Shown: one piece after another, positions 39,718 to 49,267 of the stretch
Numbering within the stretch: the stretch's first letter is position 1
How the letters are laid out: every line of letters starts with the position of its first letter
DNA from: Actinomycetota bacterium
GTDB lineage: Bacteria; Actinomycetota; Acidimicrobiia; IMCC26256; VFJJ01
NCBI GenBank assembly: GCA_009886115.1
Contig: VFJJ01000069.1
Coordinates: forward strand, 1-64,000
Reading direction: 5' to 3'
Length of the DNA stretch: 64,000 nucleotides
Made by a program: the position numbers and the translations under genes
The notes under the pieces: model-generated
Database searches by the model: none
Told to the model about the DNA's origin: nothing
Seen by the model: the letters and a program-made list of their open reading frames with translations, nothing else

Positions 39718-40907
39718 GCGCACCCTACGTCGTCGCTACTGCCCCGTGGGTGGGCCCCGACGAGCTGCGCGAGCAGGCCCGGAGCGTGCTACCCCAACCC
39801 ATCTTCGACTACGTCGATTCCGGCGCGGATTCCGAGGCGACCGTCGCCGCGAACCGATCGGCGTTCGCCGCGGTACGGCCTCGACCCCGCGTGCTCACCG
39901 ACGTGACCGAGCGGGCGACGACCACCTCAGTGCTGGGACGGGAGGTCGCGCTGCCCGTCCTCCTGGCGCCCACCGGGCAGCACCGGCTCTACCACCCCGA
40001 CGGTGAGATCGGCGTCGCCCGGGCCGCGGCGTCGATCGGGACGGTGGCCGCCATGAGCACCGCGGGCTCGACGGGCATCGTCGACGTGGCGGCGGCCGTG
40101 CCCGAGGCCCGGTTGTGGTTCCAGTTCTACATGCCCGCCGATCGGGGGGCGGCCGAGGTGATGCTGGCGGCGGCCGAGCGAGCCGACGTCGAGGCGCTGT
40201 GTCTCACGGTCGACACGCCGCTGCCGGGCTTTCGCGAGCGAGACGTGCGTAACCGCATGGCCTTCCCACCGGCCGTCGACCCGAGCGATCCGGTGTGGGC
40301 CGACCGTCCGGAGTGGACGGCGGCCTATCTGGCCGGGCCGCCGCCCGCCCAGCCGAACACGGCCCACCTGGCCGCGGTGACGCAGGTGATGAACCCGGCC
40401 CTGTCGTGGGCCGACGTCGAGTGGCTCCGCGCTCGATGGCCGAAGCCCTTGGTGCTGAAAGCGATCACCCGAGGTGACGACGCCCGGCGAGCGGTCGAGA
40501 TCGGCATCGACGCCATCATCGTGTCGAACCACGGGGGCCGTCAGCTCGACACGATGCCCGGCACGCTCGAGTGCCTGCCCGAGGTCGTGGCCGCCGTTCG
40601 AGCCGCCGAGGCCGGCGGGTTCGGCGGGTTCGGCGGGCCGGTCGGCGCCCGGGCCCCGGTCGAGGTGTATCTCGACGGAGGGGTGCGGCGCGGCCTCGAC
40701 GTCGTGAAGGCCGTCGCCCTCGGTGCACGGGCGGTCTTCATCGGCCGTCCCTACGTCTGGGCGCTGGCCGTCGGCGGCAGCGCCGGCGTCGCGACACTGT
40801 TGGCGTCGATGCGCGGCGAAGTCGACCGGAGCCTCGCCCTGCTCGGCTGCGCGACCGTCGACGCGCTCGACGCGTCGTTCTTCAGCGTGCCGGCTGCCTG
40901 GAGCTGA
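39714..40907 (+). CDS. FMN-dependent alpha-hydroxy acid oxidase/dehydrogenase
   Basis: FDYVDSGA, LWFQFY, LTVD, SNHGGRQLD, DGGVRRG, GRPY. Confidence 0.92.
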   Translation: MSAPYVVATAPWVGPDELREQARSVLPQPIFDYVDSGADSEATVAANRSAFAAVRPRPRVLTDVTERATTTSVLGREVALPVLLAPTGQHRLYHPDGEIGVARAAASIGTVAAMSTAGSTGIVDVAAAVPEARLWFQFYMPADRGAAEVMLAAAERADVEALCLTVDTPLPGFRERDVRNRMAFPPAVDPSDPVWADRPEWTAAYLAGPPPAQPNTAHLAAVTQVMNPALSWADVEWLRARWPKPLVLKAITRGDDARRAVEIGIDAIIVSNHGGRQLDTMPGTLECLPEVVAAVRAAEAGGFGGFGGPVGARAPVEVYLDGGVRRGLDVVKAVALGARAVFIGRPYVWALAVGGSAGVATLLASMRGEVDRSLALLGCATVDALDASFFSVPAAWS

Positions 40908-42092
40908 TCAGCCCCAGTGGGAGCCGTCGAGCATCCGTTCGGCCATGGCGCGGAAGGTGATGAGGTCGTCGGGATCATCGGGACGTGACGCCAGCCCGTA
41001 CTCGATGCTCCGCAGGGTCGTGCGCAGCGTGATGATCTCGAAGCGCACCAGGGCGAACATCTCGAACCACCGGAGGTGCTGGGGCCGGTAGCCCGTGAGC
41101 TCCTCGTAGGTGGCGCTCACCGTGTCGCGACCCAGGAGGTCGGGGATGCCGGGGAAGCCGTAGTTGACGGCGATTCCGTGGAAGAAGTCGTGGAGGTGGA
41201 CCGACCAGGCGATGTCGATCTCAGGCGGGCCCAGCGCCGCCATCTCCCAGTCGAGGACGGCCACCGGCGTGTGATCTCGCCAGAGGATGTTGGCGAGCCG
41301 GGCGTCGCCCCAGTTGAGCACGGTCGGGAACTCCGCATCCGGTCGGTGGTCGTCGATCCACTCGAAGGTGCGCTCGATCAACGGCACCCGCAGCCCCTCC
41401 CGGGCCCAGTCGTAGTACGAGCGCTGGTAGCCGAGGTGCTGGTCGAGCGCGGTCGCGCCGTGCTCGGGTCGGTCGAGGAACGCCAGGTCGACCGTGGCGA
41501 CCGCAACGACACCCGCGTCGTTACCAGCGTCGTTACTGCCAGGGGGACCGCCACCGCTGGGACCCGGTCGCAGCGCGTGCAGCCGGGCCAACACCGACAC
41601 GAGGTTGCGCTCGATCTGCCGACGCTGCTCGGGCGTGGAGTCGTGGATCCAACCTCCGAACACGTAGGGCGGCATGTCGGTTGCGGCGACCCCGTCGACC
41701 CGACCCATCACCAGGAACGGTGAGCCCAACCAGCGGGGGTCGCTCTCGTACCACGGCGCGTCGGGCACGGGCACGTCGGTGTGGGCCCGTACCGTCTGCA
41801 GGCATCGCTGCTGGAGCACCAGGTCGTAGTCGGGGAAGATCGGGTAGCTCCCCGGATCGGGCGCGAGGCGGGCCACGTAGCGGCGCGTCGTGCGAGCGCC
41901 GTCTTCGCTCAGCTCCACGTCGAAGAGCATCGTCTCACTCGACATGCCGGTGCCCTCGGGCATCGTCAGCTCCCCGACGGTCGGGTCGGAGCCCCCCGGC
42001 AGCACATGGTTGAACCACTGTTCGAGCCGCTCACCCAACCCGGCCGGGTCGCGCCGCCATGGGATCGAGTCGAACGTCATGTCGCTGGTCAT
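40908..42092 (-). CDS. Phosphotransferase (APH/ACAD10-like) family protein
   Basis: GMSSET, PFLVMGRVDG, WGDARLAN, LDWEMA. Confidence 0.88.
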   Translation of the reverse strand: MTSDMTFDSIPWRRDPAGLGERLEQWFNHVLPGGSDPTVGELTMPEGTGMSSETMLFDVELSEDGARTTRRYVARLAPDPGSYPIFPDYDLVLQQRCLQTVRAHTDVPVPDAPWYESDPRWLGSPFLVMGRVDGVAATDMPPYVFGGWIHDSTPEQRRQIERNLVSVLARLHALRPGPSGGGPPGSNDAGNDAGVVAVATVDLAFLDRPEHGATALDQHLGYQRSYYDWAREGLRVPLIERTFEWIDDHRPDAEFPTVLNWGDARLANILWRDHTPVAVLDWEMAALGPPEIDIAWSVHLHDFFHGIAVNYGFPGIPDLLGRDTVSATYEELTGYRPQHLRWFEMFALVRFEIITLRTTLRSIEYGLASRPDDPDDLITFRAMAERMLDGSHWG

Positions 42093-42250
42093 CGGACGAC
42101 CTAAGGGATGCCGGGGCTGGGACTGGCATGCTACGAGCCCGCGGGCAGCGGCGACGGCCCCGGTCGCGCCAAGATGACCGGGATCCCCTCGGCGGGCCCG
42201 TCCCCGCCCCATTTCCCAGACCCCTCACCATTCCGAACCGGAGCGAGACC

Positions 42251-42754
42251 ATGAGCAACGACCAGCCGATGGGCCACGGCAAGAACCAGCGCGCCCAGAT
42301 CAAGATGTCGGACGACGAGGTCACGGCGTTCCTCGCCGGGCGGCGGTCGATGACGTGGAGCACGATCAACGCCGACGGGACGATCCATTCCGTGGCCATG
42401 TGGTACGGCTTCCTCGACGGCAAGATCGCCATCGAGACCAAGACCAAGTCGCAGAAGGTCAAGAACCTGTTGCGCGATCCCCGCACCACGGTGTTGGTCG
42501 AGGACGGCGAGTACTACGACGAGCTTCGAGGGGTGACGATCAGTGGCACCATCGAGTTCGTCGAAGACCAGGATCGTCAATGGGCCCTTGGTGTTTCGGT
42601 GTTCGAGCGCTACACCGGTGCGTACAACGACGAGATGGCTCCGTTCGTCGAGGCAATGCTGCGCAACCGCTCGATCATCATGCTGAACCCCACCAAGACC
42701 GTCACGTGGGACCACCGCAAGCTCGGGCTCCCCTCGATGCGTCCACCGTCGTGA
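42251..42754 (+). CDS. Pyridoxamine 5'-phosphate oxidase-like (PPOX class, possibly F420-binding) protein
   Basis: STINADGTIHSVAMWY, SQKVKNLLRDPR, LRGV, TWDHRK. Confidence 0.85.
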   Translation: MSNDQPMGHGKNQRAQIKMSDDEVTAFLAGRRSMTWSTINADGTIHSVAMWYGFLDGKIAIETKTKSQKVKNLLRDPRTTVLVEDGEYYDELRGVTISGTIEFVEDQDRQWALGVSVFERYTGAYNDEMAPFVEAMLRNRSIIMLNPTKTVTWDHRKLGLPSMRPPS

Positions 42755-42821
42755 TCGCGGTCGTGATCGACGCCCGCGGTCTCGACCGATCGATGCTCGA
42801 CCCTACCGAGGAGCCGGAGTC

Positions 42822-43721
42822 ATGGGATTGCAGGACAAGAGCGAGGCGAGCGACATGAGCGACCTGAGCGACATGAGCGACCTGAGCGGGAAGGTGGCGG
42901 TCGTCACCGGCGCCGCCAGCGGCATCGGCCTGGCGCTCACCGAGCGGTTCGCAGCCGAGGGCCTGTCGGTCGTGATGGCCGATGTCGAGGAGGCCCGCCT
43001 CTCCGAAGAGGCGACCCGTCTCGGACAGGGTGGAGCCGACGTGCTCGCCGTGTTGTGTGACGTGAGCCGACCCGACGACATCGCCGCGTTGGCCGAGCAG
43101 ACACTGTCGCACTATGGGGCCGTGCACATCCTGTGCAACAACGCCGGGGTGGGCCCGGGCGGGCCGATGCTGGCGACGACGCCGGCTGACTGGCAGTGGA
43201 CGGTGGGGGTCAACCTGCTCGGGGTGGCGTACGGGGTGACGACGTTCGCGCCGCTCATGGTGGCGCAGGGCTCGGGGCACATCGTCAACACCGCATCGGA
43301 GGCCGGGCTCGTCACCACGTCGCTGCTGGGCATGTACTGCGCCACCAAGCACGCCGTCGTCGGCTTGTCCGAGGCGCTGTACCGCGAGCTCGAAGGCACC
43401 GGCGTCGGCGTGTCGGTGCTGTGCCCGAACCTGGTGCGCACGAACATCTTCACGTCGGAGCGCAACCGTCCCGACGGCTCACCTCTGAGCGCCGCAGAGA
43501 ACGCGGCCATGGCACCGCTGCGAGAGATGCTCGACGCCGCCGGGATGGCGCCGGCCGACGTCGCCACGACGGTGCTCGATGCGGTGCGCGCCAAGCGGTT
43601 CTGGGTGTTCACACATCCCGTGACTCTTCCAGCAGCGCTCGTCCGCTTCGAGGATCTCCAGGGGAGACGCAACCCGACCGATCCCTACGGGCCGCCCCGA
43701 GGAGCCCAAGGGCCGCAGTAG
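42822..43721 (+). CDS. SDR oxidoreductase
   Basis: TGAASGIG, NNAGV, YCATK; 9-bp repeats (SDM/SDL) at the N-terminus give alternative ATGs 42855 and 42873. Confidence 0.92.
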   Translation: MGLQDKSEASDMSDLSDMSDLSGKVAVVTGAASGIGLALTERFAAEGLSVVMADVEEARLSEEATRLGQGGADVLAVLCDVSRPDDIAALAEQTLSHYGAVHILCNNAGVGPGGPMLATTPADWQWTVGVNLLGVAYGVTTFAPLMVAQGSGHIVNTASEAGLVTTSLLGMYCATKHAVVGLSEALYRELEGTGVGVSVLCPNLVRTNIFTSERNRPDGSPLSAAENAAMAPLREMLDAAGMAPADVATTVLDAVRAKRFWVFTHPVTLPAALVRFEDLQGRRNPTDPYGPPRGAQGPQ

Positions 43722-43882
43722 CGCTCGCCGCGCCCGGGTGCACCCACACTCCGGGGCCGACGGCGGGCGGGCGGGCGGGCGGGCGACGGCGCGTGCTGGA
43801 TGAGCGATCGGGGCTGAGCCTGGCGGAACCCGATCCAGTCCGGCGAGCTCACCCGGACTCCGAGCGCGGGGTCCCCCTGGCA

Positions 43883-43985
43883 CTTACGCGCCGATTCTGC
43901 GCCAGATTCGGCGGTCTGGGAGGACCGTATGCGCGGCTGTGACCCCAGGGACTCCGTCGATTCTGAGCCAGATTCGGCGCGTAAG
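43883..43985. repeat. Intergenic palindromic (REP/MITE-like) element
   Basis: 12-bp terminal inverted repeat CTTACGCGCCGA/TCGGCGCGTAAG; two copies of GATTCTG(C/A)GCCAGATTCGGCG. Confidence 0.7.
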
Positions 43986-44096
43986 CACAGGAGGGGCGCA
44001 CGGTGGGTAGGGAGAGTGAGGAGGAGTCGGCCTCGGGCCGCGGCGCGCGACGAGAGACCACGATCGCTGATCTTGATCACGGCGACCCGTGATTGA

Positions 44097-44118
44097 TGTC
44101 ACACCCCCTTGGTATGGT
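44097..44118 (+). promoter_or_regulatory. RecA-NDp/PafBC-type promoter-like motif
   Basis: TGTCAC-N10-TATGGT versus the mycobacterial consensus TGTCGG-N10-TA-N3-T. Confidence 0.45.
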
Positions 44119-44309
44119 GCCCGAGACCGGTTGCGAAGCGTCACCGGTCGCCTCCGAGCACGCTTACGGTCGGCGACACAGTCGCCCGTCGCCCGTCCTC
44201 CGAGCTGCTCGGCCAGCGCACCGCCACACCGCCGCATCATCGCCCGCGCAGACGCCTCCCTCGACGTTCAGATGAGGACAGAGACGACGAATCCGCGGAG
44301 GGCACCAGC

Positions 44310-45203
44310 ATGTCGATCAGCTCCCGACGCTTTCTTGAACACCGTGCCGACATCGAGGCCGAGCGTGAGCTCCTCCTCGCCGAGAAGATCGAGCTCGATG
44401 CGCAGCAGCAGGTGCTCGCTGCTCGGATGGCCTCCATCAACCGCCGCTTGCACGAGCTCAGGGACGAGCTGTGGCCCCGATCGAAGTACCGCATGGGCTG
44501 GATCCTCAAGCGTCCACCGATCGGGGGCCCTCCGGCCATTCCGCCACCGGCACCCGATGCCACACCGCTGTCGGGTGCCCAGCTTCGATACGCCGCCCTC
44601 GCCATCGTGCACCGCGCCCGACGAGCGATCACGCTCACCGAGATCCACCGGGCCATCGTCCTCGGCGGCTATCGCATCGACAGTCGCACCCCGGTCAAGG
44701 CCTTGGGCGACGCGCTCGGCTACGAAGATCGGCGCGGCACGGCGATTCGGGTCGAGCGCGGCACGTACCGGATCGGCGAGATCAACGCTGGTGATCGGCG
44801 ACGCCTCGCTCGGGCATTCCCCAAGCGTCACTCACACCCGATCGTGGGTCGGGCGGGCGGTCTCGACCAGCCCGACCTCGATGAGCACACCAACCGCCGC
44901 TCGGGAGTCGCCTGGTATCACGACCACCAGGAATCGGATTCGATCGACGATACCTGGCCACAACGCCGAGCCGGTTCCGCTGACGGCGTCGCGCCCAGCA
45001 CGTCGAACCACGACGTTGTTCACGACGTTGTTCACGACCGTGACGCGGAATCCCGGCTCTCCGAGCACGAGTCCACATCTCCCGGCTGGGAGACACCGGC
45101 ACTACCGGCCGACCCGCTCAACCGGGAGGTCGGCCGCCGCGCCCGGGCGGACCACTCCGCGAGCGACCGTTCCCCCGATGAACCCGGCCTCGGGACGGCA
45201 TGA
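44310..45203 (+). CDS. Hypothetical protein: coiled coil, winged-HTH (HARE-HTH-like), disordered acidic tail
   Basis: Heptad-rich N-terminus; ITLTEIHRAI..GY...TPVKALGDAL....VERGTYRI; GGAGG RBS. Confidence 0.6.
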   Translation: MSISSRRFLEHRADIEAERELLLAEKIELDAQQQVLAARMASINRRLHELRDELWPRSKYRMGWILKRPPIGGPPAIPPPAPDATPLSGAQLRYAALAIVHRARRAITLTEIHRAIVLGGYRIDSRTPVKALGDALGYEDRRGTAIRVERGTYRIGEINAGDRRRLARAFPKRHSHPIVGRAGGLDQPDLDEHTNRRSGVAWYHDHQESDSIDDTWPQRRAGSADGVAPSTSNHDVVHDVVHDRDAESRLSEHESTSPGWETPALPADPLNREVGRRARADHSASDRSPDEPGLGTA

Positions 45204-45338
45204 TCGATCGCCGAGTCGTCGCTCACCCCGACCACGAGATGCCCGAACGCGACATCCACGGCGCTCAACGGCTGAAGCCGACCCAGCCCACACAGCAGGT
45301 GCAGCACCCGACCACCATCCCAGAAGATCCCATGGTTC

Positions 45339-47960
45339 TCATGGTTCACGTCCGGGGCCCGTCGCGTCGACAGGCCGAACGGTGACCTCTTCGCCGAACC
45401 GGCCGATGGAGACGAGCGCCAAGGCGGGCGCGCCCTCGGCCCGGGCGGCGACGAGATCGACGTGCGCCGTGAACCGCCAGTCGCCGTCACCGGCGGGGTC
45501 GGCGAGCCGTTGCACGATCGTCCACGCCTCGTACGACCCCTCCGCGCCCCGGTGCTCGTGGAGCTCGAAGAACTCCGCCGATCGGGCAGCGGCGTCGATG
45601 CCCACGAACTCGTGGTCGGCCCAGTACGGCGCCATGGCCATCGTCAGGCCGTAGGCCGTCCAACCCTCGCCGGCCCTGGCCGCCAGCGCGTCGAACGCCC
45701 GCCGGGCGAGCAGCTCGACCCAGGCGAACGCCGCGGTCCGCACGGCGGTGCGCCAGGCCCGCGGGGGCTCCACCGGACCGAGTGCGCCAGCGAACCCGCC
45801 CGGTTCCGTTGGATCGTGGCCGTGGCGGGCGATACCGGCTTCACCGCCGATCCCGGCGAGGTGGGCCCACTCCTCGAGCAACGACGCATCGGTGGCGCGG
45901 ATCAGACCGCCCAGCCAGTCGATGACGTCTTCGAGCATGTCGGTGTACGCGTCGTCGGGCAACGAGCGATCGAGCGCCCGCCAGGCGTCGGTGAGATAGC
46001 GCAGCACAAGCCCCTCGCTGCGCTCGAGGCCGTACCGGCGAACGTAACCGGTGAACCCTTCGCCGCTCTCGAGCATCTCGCGCAGGATCGACTTGGGTGA
46101 CGGCTCGTCCTCGATCCAGGGATGATGGCCGCGGTACTCGGCGAAGCACCCGTCGATCAGGTCGTGCAGCGGCTTGGGCCAGGTGATGTCGTCGAGCATC
46201 GTGATGCGGTCCTCGTAGGCGACGCCCTCGGCCTTGAGCCGGGCCACCTCGGCGCCCTTGGCCGCCGATCGTTGCGCGTACAGCACCGCCATGGGATCGT
46301 CGAGGACCGACTCGAGCACACTCACCACGTCGAGCACGTACGCCGGGTCGTCGGGGTCGAGCGTGGCCACGACCTCGATGGCGAACGGGGCGAGCGGCGC
46401 CGCGAAACGCAGCACCGAACGGTCGTCGCTGCCCTCGACGATCGACCCGACGCGAACGCCCGTGCAGCGTCCCGACTCGTCACGGAGACGCTCGGCCACG
46501 CCCGCCGCCTCGAGCGAGCGGTACACGGCGATGGCACGGCGGATGTGCCGTCGTCGGTCGGCCTCGGCGTCGTGGTTGGTCCGCAGCAGGTCCTTCAGCG
46601 CATCGGCGCCATCGGGCCGGGCCAGCACCGTCGCCACCAGATCGGCAGACACCCGGAAGCGCGACCGGAGCGGCTCGGGTCGGGCCGCGATGAGGCGCTC
46701 CATGGTCTTGTCGTCGTAGTGGATGAAGCCCTTGGGCGGCTGGGCCCGCGACACCCGCCGACGGGCCTTCGGATCGTCGCCGGCGCGGGCCAACGCCCGC
46801 TGGTTCTCGATCACATGATCGGGGGCCTGGGCCCACACGTGGCCGTCGGGGTCGAAGCCCGGCCTCCCGGCGCGACCCGCGATCTGGTGGAACTCGCGCA
46901 CCGAGAACACCCGCACCCGGGTCCCGTCGAACTTCGTGAGTGCCGTGAACAGCACCGTGCGGATGGGGATGTTGACGCCCACGCCGAGCGTGTCGGTTCC
47001 GCAGATCACGGGCAGCAGCCCGTCGCCGGCGAGCTTCTCGACCAAGCGGCGATAGCGGGGCAGCATCCCGGCGTGATGAACGCCGATCCCGTGCCGGAGG
47101 AAACGCGCCAGCGTCTGCCCGAAGCCGGTCGTGAGCCGCACCCCGGCGAGCGCGGCGGTGATGGCCTCACGCTGCTCGCGGCTCGTGAGCGGCAGGCTCG
47201 TGAGGGCCTGCGCACGCTCGACGGACGACGCCTGCGTGGTGTGCACGACGTACACCGGCGCCAGCCCGGCCCCGATCGCCTCGATCAGGGTCTCGGCGAC
47301 GGGCGTGGCCCGCCATTGGTGGTAAAGCGGGGTCGGGCGGGTGACCGACGTGACCTCGATGACCTCACGGCCGCTGCGCCGTTCGAGGTCGGCCGCGATG
47401 GTGCTCATGTCGCCCAGGGTCGCCGAGGCCAGGAGGAACTGGCACCGGTGCATGGTGAGCAACGGCACCTGCCAGGCCCATCCCCGATCCCGCTCGCCGT
47501 AGTAGTGGAACTCGTCGAGGCAGGCGAAGCCCACGTCCGTGTCGGTTCCGTTCGCCAGGGCCGAGTTGGCCAGGATCTCCGCGGTGCACACGAGCACCGG
47601 TGCATCCGGGTTGATCGACGCGTCACCCGTGGCCAGCGCGACCTGCTCGGCGCCGAGCAGATCGACGAGCTCGAAGAACTTCTCGGCCACCAACGCCTTG
47701 ATGGGCGCGGTCCACACCGCCCGGCGGCCGGCGTTGCGGGCCAGCACGATCCCGGCCAACGCCACCAGGCTCTTGCCCGAGCCGGTCGGCGTCGCCAGCA
47801 CCACGTGGGTCTCAGCCGCCAGGGCCAGCGCCGCGTCCTCCTGGTGGGGATACAGCGGCCGACCCGTGGCCGCGGCCCAGGAGCCGAAGGCATCGAGCAC
47901 GTCAGCCGGGTCGGCGCCCGGCGGGGGCAGAGCGTCGACCAGACGGGGCGGGTTCACCAC
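45339..47960 (-). CDS. Ski2/HelY-like DEAD/DEAH-box helicase (DUF3516-type C-terminus)
   Basis: TPTGSGKS, PIKAL, DEFH, SAT, HHAGMLP, TDTLGVGVN, QIAGRAGR. Confidence 0.92.
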   Translation of the reverse strand: MVNPPRLVDALPPPGADPADVLDAFGSWAAATGRPLYPHQEDAALALAAETHVVLATPTGSGKSLVALAGIVLARNAGRRAVWTAPIKALVAEKFFELVDLLGAEQVALATGDASINPDAPVLVCTAEILANSALANGTDTDVGFACLDEFHYYGERDRGWAWQVPLLTMHRCQFLLASATLGDMSTIAADLERRSGREVIEVTSVTRPTPLYHQWRATPVAETLIEAIGAGLAPVYVVHTTQASSVERAQALTSLPLTSREQREAITAALAGVRLTTGFGQTLARFLRHGIGVHHAGMLPRYRRLVEKLAGDGLLPVICGTDTLGVGVNIPIRTVLFTALTKFDGTRVRVFSVREFHQIAGRAGRPGFDPDGHVWAQAPDHVIENQRALARAGDDPKARRRVSRAQPPKGFIHYDDKTMERLIAARPEPLRSRFRVSADLVATVLARPDGADALKDLLRTNHDAEADRRRHIRRAIAVYRSLEAAGVAERLRDESGRCTGVRVGSIVEGSDDRSVLRFAAPLAPFAIEVVATLDPDDPAYVLDVVSVLESVLDDPMAVLYAQRSAAKGAEVARLKAEGVAYEDRITMLDDITWPKPLHDLIDGCFAEYRGHHPWIEDEPSPKSILREMLESGEGFTGYVRRYGLERSEGLVLRYLTDAWRALDRSLPDDAYTDMLEDVIDWLGGLIRATDASLLEEWAHLAGIGGEAGIARHGHDPTEPGGFAGALGPVEPPRAWRTAVRTAAFAWVELLARRAFDALAARAGEGWTAYGLTMAMAPYWADHEFVGIDAAARSAEFFELHEHRGAEGSYEAWTIVQRLADPAGDGDWRFTAHVDLVAARAEGAPALALVSIGRFGEEVTVRPVDATGPGREP

Positions 47961-48052
47961 GGTGTTCTACCAGGGGCTGCGCTGGGCCCGGCACCGGGGT
48001 GTCCCCGAATCCGGTGGGAGCCCCGTGCCCGCCCGCACGCCGCCACCACTGC

Positions 48053-48595
48053 TCAGGCCTTGACCGCCTCGATGTCGAGTCCGATCTTGATCTTCTCGCC
48101 CACGAGCACCCCTCCGGTGTCGAGCGCCACGTTCCATTCGAGGCCCCAGTCCCTGCGATTCACCTCGGTCTCGGCAGAGAAGCCGACCCGGGTGCCACCC
48201 CACGGATCGGTCGTGACGCCGTTGAACTCGAGCTCGAAGGCAACCTGGCGGGTCACGTCCTTGATCGTCAGGTCGCCGAAGAGCTCGAGGTCACCGCCTT
48301 CATCCTTGATCCCCGTGCTGGTGAAGCTCATCGTCGGGAACCGCTCGACGTCGAAGAAGTCCGCCCCACGCAGATGCTCGTCGCGGGTGTCGTCACCGGT
48401 GGTCACCGACGCCAGGTCGACGATCGCCGACACCGATGACGAGAGCGGATCATCGGTGATGATGAGCGCACCCGAGAACGAGGCGAAGCGGCCGCGAACC
48501 TTGGAGATCATGAGATGGCGAGCCGTGAACCCGACCACGGAATGGGACGGGTCGACGGTCCAGGTACCAGGTGAGACATCGGTGACTGCTGACAT
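48053..48595 (-). CDS. YceI family protein
   Basis: WTVDPSHS, VRGRF, RDEHLRGADFFD, GDLTIK, NRRDWG. Confidence 0.93.
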   Translation of the reverse strand: MSAVTDVSPGTWTVDPSHSVVGFTARHLMISKVRGRFASFSGALIITDDPLSSSVSAIVDLASVTTGDDTRDEHLRGADFFDVERFPTMSFTSTGIKDEGGDLELFGDLTIKDVTRQVAFELEFNGVTTDPWGGTRVGFSAETEVNRRDWGLEWNVALDTGGVLVGEKIKIGLDIEAVKA

Positions 48596-48645
48596 GGGAG
48601 CTCCTTTGGCTTCCGGGCGATGATGCACTGCACGGTTGGAAGATC

Positions 48646-48698
48646 ACTTGCGCCCACAACTATTCCCGCCAGCAACTTTTTTTCTTGTACGCGCAAGC
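48646..48698. promoter_or_regulatory. Two TTG-N6-CAA boxes between divergent yceI and marR (putative MarR operators)
   Basis: CTTGCGCCCACAAC (48647-48660) and CTTGTACGCGCAAG (48684-48697). Confidence 0.6.
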
Positions 48699-48734
48699 TC
48701 TCGGAGAGAATCGCGAACTGGGTACCATCGATCC

Positions 48735-49208
48735 GTGACCAGATGGCTCGACGACGACGAGATGCGGGCCTGGCGCAGCCTGGTCGAGGTGTACACCGAC
48801 CTCGGCGCCTCGCTCGAGGCTGATCTCCAATATCAGCACGGCATCGGCAACGGTGAGTACGCGGTGCTCGTCAACCTCTCGGAAGCGCCCGAGCAGAGGC
48901 TCCGCATGTGCGACCTGGCCCAGCGCCTGCACCTGTCGCCCAGTGGCCTCACCCGCCGCCTCGATGCCATGGTGCGCCAGGGTCTCGTCGCCCGGCAACC
49001 GTCGCCCGACGATCGACGTGTGATCCTCGCCGTGCTCACTTCGGTCGGAGTCGACGCGCTGGAATCTGCGGCCCCCGACCATGTCGAGTCCGTGCGCCGC
49101 AATCTCCTCGACCATCTCAGCCGAACGCAGATCCGCCAATTGGGCACCGCGCTCACGGCGGTTCAGCGGGGTCGCCTCGGCCCGGTACCGGAGCGGACCG
49201 AGGGGTAA
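48735..49208 (+). CDS. MarR family transcriptional regulator
   Basis: WLDDDEMRAWR, LRMCDLA, SPSGLTRRLD, DDRR; -10 TACCAT 6 nt before GTG. Confidence 0.92.
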   Translation: MTRWLDDDEMRAWRSLVEVYTDLGASLEADLQYQHGIGNGEYAVLVNLSEAPEQRLRMCDLAQRLHLSPSGLTRRLDAMVRQGLVARQPSPDDRRVILAVLTSVGVDALESAAPDHVESVRRNLLDHLSRTQIRQLGTALTAVQRGRLGPVPERTEG

Positions 49209-49267
49209 CGTGCCGGTTCACCGAATTGGCGGTCCCTTTCCCGCTCCCTCGACCCTCGGAGGCTGCC

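Noticed and set aside
40908..42092. APH-family genes (also 62621-63763) as antibiotic resistance determinants
   Set aside because: Motifs fit widespread metabolic ACAD10-like and ecdysteroid-kinase-like families; no mobile context
45339..47960. Helicase plus HTH protein as an anti-phage defence system
   Set aside because: The helicase is the common HelY/DUF3516 type, converges on the HTH gene, and has no nuclease or other defence neighbours
46122..48623. 833-aa plus-strand ORF
   Set aside because: Antisense to the helicase and yceI genes, with no motifs
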